Made by a program: the position numbers and the translations under genes
In this document: in pieces, positions 21,377 through 32,088 of the stretch
How positions within the stretch are numbered: position 1 is the stretch's first letter
How the letters are laid out: the number at the start of each line of letters is the position of its first letter
Assembly (NCBI GenBank): GCA_040756035.1
Contig: JBFLZV010000004.1
Span: 7,463-71,462, forward strand
Reading direction: 5' to 3'
Length of the DNA: 64,000 nucleotides
Source of the DNA: Pseudomonadota bacterium
GTDB lineage: Bacteria > Pseudomonadota > Gammaproteobacteria > SURF-13
The notes under the pieces: generated by a model
The model's database searches: none
What the model was told of the DNA's origin: nothing
The model's input: only the letters and a program-made list of their open reading frames with translations

Positions 21377-23098
21377 CTAAGCTAATTCTCGTTCTGGCGA
21401 AAGATGCATTTCATGGTGCCCCTTGCCGGCCTCGATCATGGGATAGACGTTTTCGGTCTGGTCGGTGATGAAGTCCATGAACACCAGGCGGTCCTTGAGT
21501 TTCAACGCCTCCTTGAGCGCGCCTTCCACGTCACCGGGCTTGTCAATGAGCATGCCCACGTGGCCGAAACTCTCGGCGAGTTTCACGAAATCCGGCAGCG
21601 CGTCCATGTAGGAATGCGAATAGCGGCCCTTGTAGAAAAATTCCTGCCACTGCCGCACCATGCCCATGTAGCGATTGTTCAAATTAATGATTTTGATCGG
21701 CAGGCCGTATTGCTTGCAGGTGGACAATTCCTGAATGCACATGATGATGCTGGCCTCGCCGGTGACGCACGCCACGGTCGATTTGGGGTGCGCCAGTTGC
21801 ACGCCCATCGCCGCCGGCAGCCCGAAGCCCATGGTGCCGAGGCCGCCGGAATTGATCCAACGGCGCGGCTTGTCGAATTTGTAAAACTGCGCGGCCCACA
21901 TTTGGTGCTGACCCACGTCGGAGGTGACGAAGGCATCGCCCTTGGTGAGCTTGTACAAAGTTTCCAGCACGTACTGCGGTTTGATCAGCTTGCTGTTGCG
22001 GTCGTAGCGCAGGCAATCGCGCGCGCGCCACGCGTCGATTTGTTTCCACCAGTTCTTGAGCGCGGCTTGATCGGGTTTTTTCGTGCTCGCCTTGATGAGC
22101 TTGATCATCTCGCGCAGCACGTTATCGACCGAACCGACGATGGGCACGTCCACGCGGATGCTCTTGGAGATCGAGGCCGGGTCGATGTCGATGTGGATTT
22201 TCTTGGAGTAGGGCGAGAACAGATCGGGCTTGCCCACCACGCGGTCGTCAAAGCGCGCGCCCACGGCGAGCAGCACGTCGCATTCGTGCATGGCCATGTT
22301 GGCTTCATAAGTGCCGTGCATGCCCAGCATGCCGACGAACTGCTTGTCGGTGGCGGGGTACGCGCCCAGACCCATCAACGTGCTGGTAATCGGGTGGCCG
22401 AGCAAGTGCACGAATTCGGTCAAGGTCTTCGATGCCTCGCCCAGGATCACGCCGCCGCCGGTGTAGATCATCGGGCGCTGCGCGTTGAGCAGCAGCTCCA
22501 CGGCCTTTTTGATCTGGCCGGGGTGGCCTTCGGTCACCGGCTTGTAGGAACGCAGCGTCACTTTTTTCGGATAGTGGTACTCGGCCTTGTTGGCGGTCAC
22601 GTCCTTGGGGATGTCCACCACCACCGGGCCGGGGCGGCCGCTGCTGGCGATATAAAAGGCCTTCTTGATGGTTTCCGCCAGGTCTTTTACGTCCTTCACC
22701 AGGAAATTATGTTTCACGCAGGGGCGCGTGATGCCGACCGAATCGACTTCCTGGAAGGCGTCGCTGCCGATGGCCCAGGTGTGCACCTGGCCGGTGATGA
22801 CCACCAGCGGAATGGAGTCCATGTAGGCGGTGGCGATGCCGGTGACGGCGTTGGTCGCGCCCGGGCCGGAGGTGACCAGCACCACGCCCGGCTTGCCGGT
22901 CGAGCGCGCGTAGCCGTCCGCGGCGTGCGCGGCGCCTTGCTCATGGCGCACCAGGATGTGCTGCACGTCGTCCTGCTTGTACAGGGCGTCATAGATGTGC
23001 AAAACCGCCCCGCCGGGGTAGCCAAATACAAACTCGACGCCCTCATCCTTCAAGCAATGGATGAGAATTTCGGCACCGGTCAGTTCCACGTCAGTCAC
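21377..23098 (-). CDS. ilvI: Acetolactate synthase large subunit (biosynthetic)
   Basis: FGYPGGA, RHEQ, TSGPGATN, GMHG, DVGQHQMW, GGLGTMGFG, LNNRYMGMVRQWQ. Confidence 0.96.
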   Translation of the reverse strand: MTDVELTGAEILIHCLKDEGVEFVFGYPGGAVLHIYDALYKQDDVQHILVRHEQGAAHAADGYARSTGKPGVVLVTSGPGATNAVTGIATAYMDSIPLVVITGQVHTWAIGSDAFQEVDSVGITRPCVKHNFLVKDVKDLAETIKKAFYIASSGRPGPVVVDIPKDVTANKAEYHYPKKVTLRSYKPVTEGHPGQIKKAVELLLNAQRPMIYTGGGVILGEASKTLTEFVHLLGHPITSTLMGLGAYPATDKQFVGMLGMHGTYEANMAMHECDVLLAVGARFDDRVVGKPDLFSPYSKKIHIDIDPASISKSIRVDVPIVGSVDNVLREMIKLIKASTKKPDQAALKNWWKQIDAWRARDCLRYDRNSKLIKPQYVLETLYKLTKGDAFVTSDVGQHQMWAAQFYKFDKPRRWINSGGLGTMGFGLPAAMGVQLAHPKSTVACVTGEASIIMCIQELSTCKQYGLPIKIINLNNRYMGMVRQWQEFFYKGRYSHSYMDALPDFVKLAESFGHVGMLIDKPGDVEGALKEALKLKDRLVFMDFITDQTENVYPMIEAGKGHHEMHLSPERELA

Positions 23099-23124
23099 TC
23101 CTAGGTTAAATTAGTAATCTAGCG

Positions 23125-23211
23125 ATCGCTCCTGGCGGTGCTATCCTTGCACCGTTGCGTCGCTATAGCCATGCCGTCCCTGGCATGGCGTTCGCGGCTT
23201 CGCCGCTCACC
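23125..23211 (+). repeat. Hairpin-module element (TCC-loop family) in the ilvI/MIF divergent region
   Basis: Three stems: cggtgc-tatcctt-gcaccg, gccatgcc-gtccct-ggcatggc, gcggc-ttc-gccgc followed by tcacc. Module order matches copy A. Confidence 0.7.
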
Positions 23212-23286
23212 TTAGAATACCCGATCAGGTCAAGTAATGGGAACAAAAAATCGTTATTTTTGCTGAAAATACAGGAGTTGCGCGCC

Positions 23287-23631
23287 ATGCCCTATCTGAA
23301 AATACAAACCAACACGCCGCCCACGCCCAAAGCACAGCAGGAACTGCTGAAAACGCTGTCGCGGGCCGTCGCCAAGCACCTGGGTAAGCCGGAAAGCTAC
23401 GTGATGGTGGCCCTGGAGCCGCCCATACCCATGCTGTTCGGCGGCGAGGCGGCGCCGCTGGCCTATCTGGAACTCAAAAGCGTCGGTCTGCCGCAGGCCA
23501 AGACCGCGGAGCTTTCCAAGGCGCTGTGCGAATTGGTGGAGCGGGAACTGGGAGTGCCCCAAGACCGCGTGTACATCGAATTCGCCAACGCCAGCGGGGC
23601 CATGTGGGGCTGGAACGGCGGGACGTTTTGA
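23287..23631 (+). CDS. MIF / phenylpyruvate tautomerase family protein
   Basis: Starts MP (catalytic Pro1 after Met removal), GKPESYVMV, LELKSVG, DRVYIEF, WGWNGGTF; 114 aa. Confidence 0.88.
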   Translation: MPYLKIQTNTPPTPKAQQELLKTLSRAVAKHLGKPESYVMVALEPPIPMLFGGEAAPLAYLELKSVGLPQAKTAELSKALCELVERELGVPQDRVYIEFANASGAMWGWNGGTF

Positions 23632-23641
23632 ATACGGCGCT

Positions 23642-23778
23642 TAACCGCCAAGACGCCAAGGGCGCCAAGAACACCAAGTAGAAAATGGATGTGTAGGGAG
23701 GAAATCGAATCTGCCGCGCTCCGACCCAAGCGACTACTGCAATTTAGCTTTGATTTTACTTGGCGTCTTGGCGGTTTA
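23642..23778. repeat. Paired inverted ACGCCAAG-type arms between convergent MIF and tal genes
   Basis: taaccgccaagacgccaag (23642-23660) ... cttggcgtcttggcggttta (23759-23778). Confidence 0.85.
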
Positions 23779-23779
23779 T

Positions 23780-24427
23780 TTACAACCCGCTCTTTTTCCA
23801 ATCAGCCAAAAATTGATCTAGGCCGATGTTGGTGAGAGGGTGTTTGTACATCTGCTCCAGCACCTTGAACGGCATGGTCACCACGTCGGCGCCCATGCGC
23901 GCCGCTTCCAGAATGTGCGTGACGTGGCGCACCGAGGCGACCAGCACTTCGGTGTCCCAATCGTAGTTGCTGTAGATGTCGACGATCTCGGAGATGAGTT
24001 CCATGCCGTGTTCGCCGACGTCGTCGAGCCGGCCGACGAACGGTGAGACGAAGCTGGCGCCGGCCTTGGCGGCGAGTATGGCTTGCGCGGCGGAGAAGCA
24101 CAGCGTGACGTTGACCATGGTGCCTTCGTCGGAGAGCGTGCGGCAGGCGCGCAGGCCGTCGGGAGTAAGCGGTACTTTCACGGTGACGTTGGGCGCGATG
24201 TTCGCCAACTCGCGGCCTTGTTTGATCATGCCTGCGTAATCGAGCGCGGTGACTTCGGCGCTGACCGGGCCGTCCACCAGTTCGCAAATGGCGGCGATGT
24301 GTTGGTGAAAGTTTTTGCTGCCTTCCTTGCTGACCAGCGTCGGGTTGGTGGTGATGCCGTCCACCATGCCCAAATCCACGGCCTTACGGATTTCATCCAG
24401 GTTGGCGGTGTCGATAAAGAATTTCAT
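23780..24427 (-). CDS. tal: Short (TalC/FSA-family) transaldolase
   Basis: [40 protein letters not shown]. Phe in SPF and Glu in SAEV point to transaldolase rather than FSA activity. SD AAGGAGG. Confidence 0.85.
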   Translation of the reverse strand: MKFFIDTANLDEIRKAVDLGMVDGITTNPTLVSKEGSKNFHQHIAAICELVDGPVSAEVTALDYAGMIKQGRELANIAPNVTVKVPLTPDGLRACRTLSDEGTMVNVTLCFSAAQAILAAKAGASFVSPFVGRLDDVGEHGMELISEIVDIYSNYDWDTEVLVASVRHVTHILEAARMGADVVTMPFKVLEQMYKHPLTNIGLDQFLADWKKSGL

Positions 24428-24492
24428 GGCGGCCTCCTTGGGCCTTTGCATTTGTTCCTCTTAAAGCACGCAAGACTTATGCCATAATGCTT

Positions 24493-24810
24493 TTACCAGC
24501 GGTCATCCCGCACCTGCACCATGCCGTTTTCCACGCGCACCGGGAAGGTGGCGGTCGGTTCGAAGGCCGGGGCGGTGAGCGCCGCGCCGGTTTTGATGCA
24601 GAAGCGCGCGCCGTGGCGCGGGCAGATGATCTGGTCGCCTTCCACGCGTCCGCCGGTGAGCACGCCGCCGTCATGAGTACAGACATCCTCGATGGCGAAA
24701 TATTCGCCGCCGATATTGAACACCGCGATCAACGCGCCGTCGACGTCCATCACGCGCTGCGCGCCGGGGCCGAATTCTTCAACTTTCGCTACATCTATCC
24801 AATCGGACAT
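24493..24810 (-). CDS. Rieske-type [2Fe-2S] ferredoxin
   Basis: CTH...CPRHGARF Rieske motifs; 105 aa. Confidence 0.92.
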   Translation of the reverse strand: MSDWIDVAKVEEFGPGAQRVMDVDGALIAVFNIGGEYFAIEDVCTHDGGVLTGGRVEGDQIICPRHGARFCIKTGAALTAPAFEPTATFPVRVENGMVQVRDDRW

Positions 24811-25355
24811 TAGACCGCCACCACTTCAACTTCCGGTTCTATGCTGCGCACCAGATTTTCCACAGCGGACAAGGTGCCGGCCAGCGAACTCGGGCAACTG
24901 CCGCACGCGCCGTGGTAGTGCACCTTGAGCACGTTGCCGTCCAGTTCCAGCACTTCCAAATCGCCGCCGTCGCTCATCAGATAAGGGCGAATGCGCTCAT
25001 CGATCAGCGCGGTGATTTGCTGGAGGCGCGGGTCTTGTGCGCCGTTCACGGCCGTTCGCGTGGAGGCAAGCGGCGCTTGCGCGTCCGCCGTGGGCGCGGC
25101 GCGGATCGGCACGGCCAATTGCTTGAGCAATTCCGGCCACGCGGCGGCGCCGTCTTGCGTGATGGTGATCCAGCGGTCCACGTAAAAAACATTGGTCACG
25201 TGCGGGATGGCGAACAATGCCGCGGCCAACGGGTCGTCGGCCGCGGCTTGGGCGTTTTCGAACGAGCGCGTCACGCCGTAGGTGAGCGGCTCCTTGAGCA
25301 CGAATTTAATCGCGTTCGGATTCGGCGTGCCTTCAATTTCAGCGATCTTCGGCAT
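24810..25355 (-). CDS. Nfu/NifU-type Fe-S carrier (NFU-N plus NifU-C domains)
   Basis: EGTPNPNAIKF N-domain; IRPYLMSDGGD...GACGSCPSS C-domain. Confidence 0.9.
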   Translation of the reverse strand: MPKIAEIEGTPNPNAIKFVLKEPLTYGVTRSFENAQAAADDPLAAALFAIPHVTNVFYVDRWITITQDGAAAWPELLKQLAVPIRAAPTADAQAPLASTRTAVNGAQDPRLQQITALIDERIRPYLMSDGGDLEVLELDGNVLKVHYHGACGSCPSSLAGTLSAVENLVRSIEPEVEVVAV

Positions 25356-25362
25356 AACTTTT

Positions 25363-25854
25363 CTACACGCCGCCGACCAGCGATTGCATCGGCTCGGCGG
25401 CGCCCTCCGTGGTGGCGGTCGATTCGGCGCTGAACGCCGCGTGCAAGGTGTGCCACGGCAGGATGGCGCACTTCACACGCGCCGGCAGGTCGCGCACGCC
25501 CGCGAACACGGTGAGCCGGCCTAAGTGATGCGGTTGCGTCTGCACGTCGAGCTTGCCGGTCGCCATGTCGCGGAATTCCTGCACTAATTGTTCGGCTTCG
25601 TCGACGGTTTTACCTTTCACGACGGTGGTCATCATGGAGGCCGACGCCTTGCAAATGGCGCAGCCCTGGCCCTCGAAGGCGACGTTATCGACGCGCTCAT
25701 CCCGCACGTGCAAAGTCAAAACAATATGATCGCCGCACAGCGGATTATGGCCCTCGGCTTTGCGGTTGGCGTCCGGAGCCACGCCGTAATTGCGCGGTTT
25801 TTTGTTGTGGTCGAGGATGACCTCTTGATAGAGCTGCTTGCTGTCGCTCATCAT
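25363..25854 (-). CDS. sufU: SufU-type Fe-S scaffold / sulfur transfer protein
   Basis: LYQEVILDH, NPLCGD, GCAICKAS, RVKCAILPWH. ATG overlaps the sufS stop. Confidence 0.9.
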   Translation of the reverse strand: MMSDSKQLYQEVILDHNKKPRNYGVAPDANRKAEGHNPLCGDHIVLTLHVRDERVDNVAFEGQGCAICKASASMMTTVVKGKTVDEAEQLVQEFRDMATGKLDVQTQPHHLGRLTVFAGVRDLPARVKCAILPWHTLHAAFSAESTATTEGAAEPMQSLVGGV

Positions 25855-27104
25855 GCGAACATCCTCTGCACTTTGCGCACGCCCTCGATCAGCGCGTCGG
25901 CTTCGGCGAAGGTGTTGTAAAAAGCGAACGAGGCGCGCGCCGTGGCCGGCACGCCGAAGCGCTGCATGACCGGCTGCGCGCAATGATGGCCGGCGCGGAT
26001 GGCGACGCCGTCTTCGTTGAGGATGGTGCCGACGTCATGCGGGTGCACGCCCTCGACTTCGAAAGACAGCACCGCCGCCTTGTGCCGCGCCGTGCCGATC
26101 AGCCGGATGCCCGGCAATTTGCTCAACTGCGCCGTGGCGTAATGCAGCAACTCGCTCTCGTAAGCGGCGATGCGCTCCATGCCGGTCGCGGACAAATAAT
26201 CCAGCGCCGCGCCGAGGCCGATGGCGGCGGCGATGGCGGGCGTGCCGGCCTCGAATTTATACGGCAGCGTGTTGTAGGTGGTGCGCTCGAAGGTCACGCT
26301 CAGGATCATGTCGCCGCCGCCCTGGTAGGGCTGCATTTTTTCAAGCCAAGCGGCCTTGCCGTACAGCACGCCGATGCCGGTCGGCGCGCACAGTTTGTGT
26401 CCGGAAAATACGTAAAAGTCGCAATTCAAATCCTGCACGTCCACGGGAAGATGCGGCGCGGCCTGCGCGCCGTCCACCAGCACCGGCACGCCGTGCCGGT
26501 GCGCGGTGGCGATCATGGCGCGCACCGGATTGACGGTGCCCAAGGCGTTGGAAACGTGTGCGACGGCGACCAGCTTGGTGCGCTCGTTGAACAACTTTTC
26601 GTATTCATCGAGCAGCAGTTCGCCGGCGTCGTTCATGGGAATGACGCGCAGCTTGGCGTTTTTTTCCTGGCACAGCATCTGCCAAGGCACGATGTTGGAG
26701 TGGTGCTCCATGGCGGAGATGATAATCTCGTCGCCGGCGCCGATGAACGCGCGTCCATAACCGTGCATCACCAGGTTGATGGATTCCGTGGTGCCACGCG
26801 TGAAAATAATTTCGCGCTCTTCGTTTGCATGGATGAAATCGCGCACCTTACGCCGCGCGTGTTCGTATTCTTCCGTGGCGATCTCGCTCAGGCTGTGCAC
26901 CGCGCGGTGCACATTGGCGTGCTGTTCGCGGTGATAGCGCACCCAGCGGTCGATGACCGGCTGCGGCACCTGGCTGCTCGCGGCGTTGTCGAGATACACC
27001 AGCGGCGTGCCGTCGAAGCGGCGCTGTAAAATGGGAAAATCGGCGCGGATGTGCGCCACGTCGAATTTCTCGGTTGCCGCACCGCGCAAAGGATTGATGT
27101 TCAT
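25851..27104 (-). CDS. sufS: Cysteine desulfurase
   Basis: YLDNAASSQ, EHHSNIVPWQ, DGAQA, FSGHK (PLP Lys), RAGHHCAQP. Confidence 0.96.
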   Translation of the reverse strand: MNINPLRGAATEKFDVAHIRADFPILQRRFDGTPLVYLDNAASSQVPQPVIDRWVRYHREQHANVHRAVHSLSEIATEEYEHARRKVRDFIHANEEREIIFTRGTTESINLVMHGYGRAFIGAGDEIIISAMEHHSNIVPWQMLCQEKNAKLRVIPMNDAGELLLDEYEKLFNERTKLVAVAHVSNALGTVNPVRAMIATAHRHGVPVLVDGAQAAPHLPVDVQDLNCDFYVFSGHKLCAPTGIGVLYGKAAWLEKMQPYQGGGDMILSVTFERTTYNTLPYKFEAGTPAIAAAIGLGAALDYLSATGMERIAAYESELLHYATAQLSKLPGIRLIGTARHKAAVLSFEVEGVHPHDVGTILNEDGVAIRAGHHCAQPVMQRFGVPATARASFAFYNTFAEADALIEGVRKVQRMFA

Positions 27105-28423
27105 AACGCCGCCGTTCGGGTTTGGTTTAACACGCTGCGCCGCAACTGTTGCTTGAGCGAGGCGACCGGAATCTTGTCGATAATTTCCGCGGCGAAGGCG
27201 TAGGTTAATAAATTACGCGCCGTCGCCTCATCGAGCCCGCGGCTCTTTAAATAGAACAGCTCTTCGGCGTCGAGCTGTCCGACCGTCGCGCCGTGCGCGC
27301 ACTTCACGTCGTCGGCGAAGATTTCGAGCTGCGGTTTGGTGTCGACGCGCGCCTGCTCCGACAACAGCAGGTTGCGGCTGGATTGCTGCGCGTCGGTCAA
27401 CTGCGCGCCGGCGCGCACCCCTATCTTGCCGTTGAACACCGCGTGCGCCGCGCCGTCCACGATGCACTTGTGCAATTGCATACTCTTGCCGCGCGGCTGG
27501 GCGTGATCCATGGTACTGTGCGTATCGGCAAGCTGGCGCCCGGCGATCAGCGCCAGGCCGTCCAGCGTGCAGTCCATGCCTTCACCGTTTTGTTGCACGT
27601 GTAAGTCCAAACGCGACAGACGCGCGCCCAGTGTGACGGCGGTGGACGCGTACACGCCGCCGTGCGCCACCGACACCGCGCCGTGCGCGATATGGAAGGC
27701 CGCGCGGCTTTCGCGTTGCAGCCGGACGTGGCGCACATGCGCGTGTTCGCCCACGGCGATTTCGCTCACGGCGTCGGTGAAATAAACCTGCTCGGCAAGG
27801 CTTACGTAATCTTCGATCAACGTGCAGCGGCTGTGCGCCTCGGTGACCACAAGTACGCGCGGATAATTCACCACAGGCGCGTCCTGCGCGCCGGCGATGA
27901 ACAACAAATGAATAGGCGCGGCGTCGGCGTAATCCTTGCCGATGATGACCAATGCGCCGTCTTGCAGCGCGCTGGTGTTGAGCGCGCTGAACAGGTTGCG
28001 CTGGAAATCGGCGTGGCGCGCCAGATGGGCGTGCGCCGTGACACCGTGGCGCGACAGTCCCTCCGCCAAATTGATGACCGTTACGCCGGACACGGCGGTC
28101 GGCGTGGACAGTGCGGGAATATAATGTCCGTCGGCGAACACCAGGCGCTGCACGGCTTCGGGCACGCTGAAACGCTGCACGTCGGCGAGCGTTAAACGCG
28201 GCGCGTCATAGACCGGCCGGAAGGAAAATTTCAGCAGCGGCGCGAGGTCGGTAAAGCGCCAATCTTCGTCACGCGTGGTGGGTAGATTTAATTGATCGAC
28301 GCGCGCCGCGGCGTCCAGGCGCAGGCGATTCAGCCAGCCGACCGTGCCCGCTGTGATAGCGGGCCGCTCCTGCAACAGGCCGCCGAGAGTGGGCGTGCTG
28401 GCGAGCTGGGGATGGACATTCAT
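27101..28423 (-). CDS. sufD: Fe-S assembly protein SufD
   Basis: [40 protein letters not shown] overlaps the sufC stop. Confidence 0.94.
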   Translation of the reverse strand: MNVHPQLASTPTLGGLLQERPAITAGTVGWLNRLRLDAAARVDQLNLPTTRDEDWRFTDLAPLLKFSFRPVYDAPRLTLADVQRFSVPEAVQRLVFADGHYIPALSTPTAVSGVTVINLAEGLSRHGVTAHAHLARHADFQRNLFSALNTSALQDGALVIIGKDYADAAPIHLLFIAGAQDAPVVNYPRVLVVTEAHSRCTLIEDYVSLAEQVYFTDAVSEIAVGEHAHVRHVRLQRESRAAFHIAHGAVSVAHGGVYASTAVTLGARLSRLDLHVQQNGEGMDCTLDGLALIAGRQLADTHSTMDHAQPRGKSMQLHKCIVDGAAHAVFNGKIGVRAGAQLTDAQQSSRNLLLSEQARVDTKPQLEIFADDVKCAHGATVGQLDAEELFYLKSRGLDEATARNLLTYAFAAEIIDKIPVASLKQQLRRSVLNQTRTAAL

Positions 28424-29214
28424 GCGGTCATCCCGGCGGCGCTTTCGAATTCGTCGCGCACCCAATCGTAGCCGCGCGTCTCCAGTTCCAGCGCCAGTTC
28501 CTTGCCGCCGGTCTTGATGATCTGTCCGCCCTCCATCACGTGCACGTAATCCGGCGTGATGTAGTTGAGCAGGCGCTGATAATGCGTGACCAGCACCACG
28601 GCGTTGTCCGGCGTGATCAGGCGGTTCACGCCGTTCGCCACGACGCGCAGCGCGTCGATGTCCAGTCCGGAATCGGTCTCGTCCAGGATCGCGAGTTTCG
28701 GCTCGAGGATGGCCATTTGCAATATCTCATTGCGCTTCTTTTCGCCGCCGGAAAAACCCTCGTTCACGCTGCGGTCGAGAAAGGCGGGATCCATGTCCAC
28801 GATCTTGATTTTTTCGCGCACGAAATCGTCGAATTCCAGCGGATCGAGTTCATCGCGCCCGCGCTGCGCCTGTAGCGTGTTGTAGGCGAGGCGCAAGAAG
28901 GCGCTGTTGCTGACGCCGGGGATCTCGACCGGATATTGAAACGCGAGAAACACGCCGGCGCGCGTGCGCTCCTCGGGCGGCAGCGCCAGCAAATCCCGGC
29001 CCTCGAACAGCACGCGGCCGCCGGTCACGCGGTACGCGGGATGTCCGGCCAATATCTTGGAAAACGTGCTTTTGCCGGAGCCGTTCGGTCCCATGACGGC
29101 GTGCACTTCGCCGGCGCGCACGGTGAGGTTGACGCCCTTTAAGATCTCCACGCCGTCTATGTTGGCAAAGAGATTGCTCACCTCTAACAGCACCTTGCTA
29201 TTCGGAATAATCAC
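28420..29214 (-). CDS. sufC: Fe-S assembly ATPase SufC
   Basis: [42 protein letters not shown]. Confidence 0.97.
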   Translation of the reverse strand: MIIPNSKVLLEVSNLFANIDGVEILKGVNLTVRAGEVHAVMGPNGSGKSTFSKILAGHPAYRVTGGRVLFEGRDLLALPPEERTRAGVFLAFQYPVEIPGVSNSAFLRLAYNTLQAQRGRDELDPLEFDDFVREKIKIVDMDPAFLDRSVNEGFSGGEKKRNEILQMAILEPKLAILDETDSGLDIDALRVVANGVNRLITPDNAVVLVTHYQRLLNYITPDYVHVMEGGQIIKTGGKELALELETRGYDWVRDEFESAAGMTA

Positions 29215-30647
29215 CCAATACTTCCCTCAAGTTTAAGTCCAAGCAACTTGGTTGCTTCCACTGCAAACTCCATCGGCAACTGCGTGAACACGTCCTTGCA
29301 GAAGCCGTTGATGATCATGGACACGGCTTCTTCCGCGCCGATGCCGCGGCTCGCGAAATAAAACAGTTGCTCCTCGCCGATTTTTGACGTGGAGGCTTCG
29401 TGTTCCACCTTGGCGGTGTTGTTTTGCACCTGGATGTAGGGGAACGTGTGGGCGCCGCTGTGCGCGCCGATCAGCATCGAATCGCACTGCGAATAATTGC
29501 GCGCGCCCTGCGCCTTGGGCCCGATCTTCACCAGTCCGCGGTAGCTGTTGTTGGACTGCCCCGCGGAGATGCCCTTGCTGACGATGCGGCTGCGCGTGTT
29601 TTTGCCGATGTGCACCATCTTCGTGCCGGTGTCGGCCTGCTGTTTGTGGTTGGTGAGCGCCACGGAATAAAACTCGCCGCTGGAATTGTCGCCGAGCAGG
29701 ATGCAGCTCGGATATTTCCAGGTGATCGCGGAGCCGGTCTCGACTTGCGTCCAGGAAATCTTGGAGTTCACGCCCCTGCACAGACCGCGCTTGGTGACGA
29801 AATTATAAATGCCGCCCACGCCGTGTTCGTCGCCGGCGTACCAGTTCTGCACGGTGGAATATTTGATCTCGGCGTTATCGAGCGCCACGAGCTCCACCAC
29901 CGCCGCATGCAATTGATTGGTGTCGAAGCGCGGCGCGGTGCAGCCTTCCAGGTAGCTCACGTAGCTGCCTTCCTCGGCGATGATGAGCGTGCGCTCGAAT
30001 TGTCCGGATTCCTGCGTGTTGATGCGGAAATAGGTGCTCAACTCCATCGGGCAGCGCGTGCCCTTGGGGATATACACGAACGAGCCGTCGGTGAACACCG
30101 CGGAGTTGAGCGCGGCGTAGAAATTGTCGCCGCTCGGTACTACGCTGCCCAGGTATTTCTTGACCAGTTCCGGATGATTCTGCACCGCCTCGGAGAACGA
30201 GCAGAAAATGATGCCGACCTCGGCCAGCTTGGCCTTGTAGGTGGTCGCCACCGACACGCTGTCGAACACCACGTCCACCGCCACGCCGGCCAGGGCCTTT
30301 TGCTCGTGCAGCGGCACGCCCAGTTTTTCAAAGGTGCGCAGCAGTTCCGGATCGACCTCGTCGAGGCTGGCCAGTTTTTTCTTGGGTTTGGGCGCGGAGT
30401 AATAGCTGATGTCCTGGAAGTCGATCTTGGGATAACGGACGTTCGGCCAGGTGGGCTCGGTCATGGTCAGCCAATGGCGATAGGCTTGCAGGCGGAACTC
30501 CAACAGCCATTCAGGCTCATTTTTCTTCTTTGAAATCAAACGGATAACGTCTTCGTTGAGCCCTTTGGGCAAGACGTCGGCATCGATTTCGGTCACGAAA
30601 CCGTGCTTGTAAGGCTGATTGATGACCGCCTGTAGCGTGCTGCTCAC
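29211..30647 (-). CDS. sufB: Fe-S assembly protein SufB
   Basis: [43 protein letters not shown] start with GAGG SD. Confidence 0.97.
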   Translation of the reverse strand: MSSTLQAVINQPYKHGFVTEIDADVLPKGLNEDVIRLISKKKNEPEWLLEFRLQAYRHWLTMTEPTWPNVRYPKIDFQDISYYSAPKPKKKLASLDEVDPELLRTFEKLGVPLHEQKALAGVAVDVVFDSVSVATTYKAKLAEVGIIFCSFSEAVQNHPELVKKYLGSVVPSGDNFYAALNSAVFTDGSFVYIPKGTRCPMELSTYFRINTQESGQFERTLIIAEEGSYVSYLEGCTAPRFDTNQLHAAVVELVALDNAEIKYSTVQNWYAGDEHGVGGIYNFVTKRGLCRGVNSKISWTQVETGSAITWKYPSCILLGDNSSGEFYSVALTNHKQQADTGTKMVHIGKNTRSRIVSKGISAGQSNNSYRGLVKIGPKAQGARNYSQCDSMLIGAHSGAHTFPYIQVQNNTAKVEHEASTSKIGEEQLFYFASRGIGAEEAVSMIINGFCKDVFTQLPMEFAVEATKLLGLKLEGSIG

Positions 30648-30659
30648 AATAACCTCATA

Positions 30660-30719
30660 ATTCCTGAGTATTTTAGTAAGGTATTTAGTGTAGGTAACTT
30701 GAGTATTTCAGTCAAGTAT
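30660..30719 (-). promoter_or_regulatory. Two tandem IscR type-1-like boxes overlapping a sigma70 promoter of the suf operon
   Basis: Minus strand ATACTTGACTGAAATACTCAAGTTA (30719-30695) and ATACCTTACTAAAATACTCAGGAAT (30684-30660), each 22/25 against the consensus ATASYYGACTRWWWYAGTCRRSTAT. Promoter TTGACT-17-TACACT (30715-30687). Confidence 0.7.
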
Positions 30720-30818
30720 TATCGGGAATAACGAGCGGGCTGAGAAATCAGTAAATTTTACCTGCGTCCGAAGCGCAATGGTAGAATGCCGCGCCTATTT
30801 TTGTATCAGGGGATATTC

Positions 30819-32069
30819 GTGACTACCGCCAAAATTGCCGTTCCGCCGGGTGAAAAGATCAGCGTTAACAAGAACGGCGCGCTCAGCGTGCCGGCCCACC
30901 CGATTATCCCATTCATCGAAGGCGACGGCATCGGCGTGGACATTACCCCGGTGATGCGCCGCGTGGTGGATGCCGCGGTCGCCAAGGCTTACGGCGGCAA
31001 GCGCGCCATCGCCTGGATGGAAGTGTACGCCGGCGAAAAGGCGGCGGCGCGCTGCGGCGGCAACTGGCTGCCGGATGAAACGCTGCGCGCGGTGCGCGAC
31101 TACGTGGTGTCCATCAAGGGCCCGTTGACCACGCCGGTCGGCGGCGGGATGCGCTCGCTCAACGTCACGCTGCGCCAGGAATTGGATTTATACGTCTGCC
31201 TGCGCCCGGTGCGTTATTTCACCGGCACGCCGAGCCCGCTCAAGCATCCGGAAAAAACCGACATGGTGATCTTCCGTGAAAATTCCGAGGACATCTACGC
31301 CGGCATCGAATGGGCGGCGGGCACGCCGGAGGTGAAAAAAGTCATCGATTTTTTGCAGCGTGACATGGGCGTGAAAAAAATCCGTTTCCCGGAAACCTCC
31401 AGCATCGGCATCAAGCCGGTGTCGCGCGAGGGCACCGAGCGCCTGGTGCGCAAAGCCGTGCAATACGCCATCGACAACAACCGCGACTCGGTGACGCTGG
31501 TGCATAAGGGCAATATCATGAAGTTCACCGAGGGTGGCTTCCGAAATTGGGGCTACGAACTGGCCAAGCGCGAATTCGGCGCGACGGAAATCGATAAAGG
31601 CCCGTGGTGCCGGATGAAGAATCCGAAAACCGGCAAGGAAATTATCATCAAGGACGTGATCGCGGATGCCTTCCTGCAAGAGATTTTATTGAAGCCGGAA
31701 GAATTCAGCGTGATCGCCACGCTCAACTTGAATGGCGATTACATCTCCGACGCGCTGGCCGCGCAAGTCGGCGGCATCGGCATGGCGCCGGGCGCCAATT
31801 TATCCGACACCGTCGCCATGTTCGAGGCCACGCACGGCACCGCGCCGAAGTATGCCGGTAAAAACGAACTCAACCCGGCCTCGATTATTCTCTCCGCCGA
31901 GATGATGCTGCGCCACCTGGGTTGGTTCGAGGCCGCCGATTTGATTATCAAGGGCGTATGCGGCGCGATTTCCGCCAAGACCGTCACCGTCGATCTGGAA
32001 CGCCTCATGCCCGGCGCCACGCGCGTGAGCACGTCGGGGTTCGGCGAGGCGGTTATTAAGGACATGTAG
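30819..32069 (+). CDS. icd: Isocitrate dehydrogenase (E. coli-type, probably NADP-dependent)
   Basis: [57 protein letters not shown] start inferred. Confidence 0.95.
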   Translation: MTTAKIAVPPGEKISVNKNGALSVPAHPIIPFIEGDGIGVDITPVMRRVVDAAVAKAYGGKRAIAWMEVYAGEKAAARCGGNWLPDETLRAVRDYVVSIKGPLTTPVGGGMRSLNVTLRQELDLYVCLRPVRYFTGTPSPLKHPEKTDMVIFRENSEDIYAGIEWAAGTPEVKKVIDFLQRDMGVKKIRFPETSSIGIKPVSREGTERLVRKAVQYAIDNNRDSVTLVHKGNIMKFTEGGFRNWGYELAKREFGATEIDKGPWCRMKNPKTGKEIIIKDVIADAFLQEILLKPEEFSVIATLNLNGDYISDALAAQVGGIGMAPGANLSDTVAMFEATHGTAPKYAGKNELNPASIILSAEMMLRHLGWFEAADLIIKGVCGAISAKTVTVDLERLMPGATRVSTSGFGEAVIKDM

Positions 32070-32088
32070 GCAACATTCTATTTACATT

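Noticed and set aside
21404-23104. 566-aa ORF on the + strand
   Set aside because: Antisense shadow of ilvI, typical of high-GC codon bias. The same applies to shadows over hisZ, der, bamB and sufB.
31840-32069. NAD-specific isocitrate dehydrogenase
   Set aside because: The KY pair after HGTAP and the downstream Arg are kept. Only the Tyr of TVTYD is changed to Val, which is not enough to call a cofactor switch.
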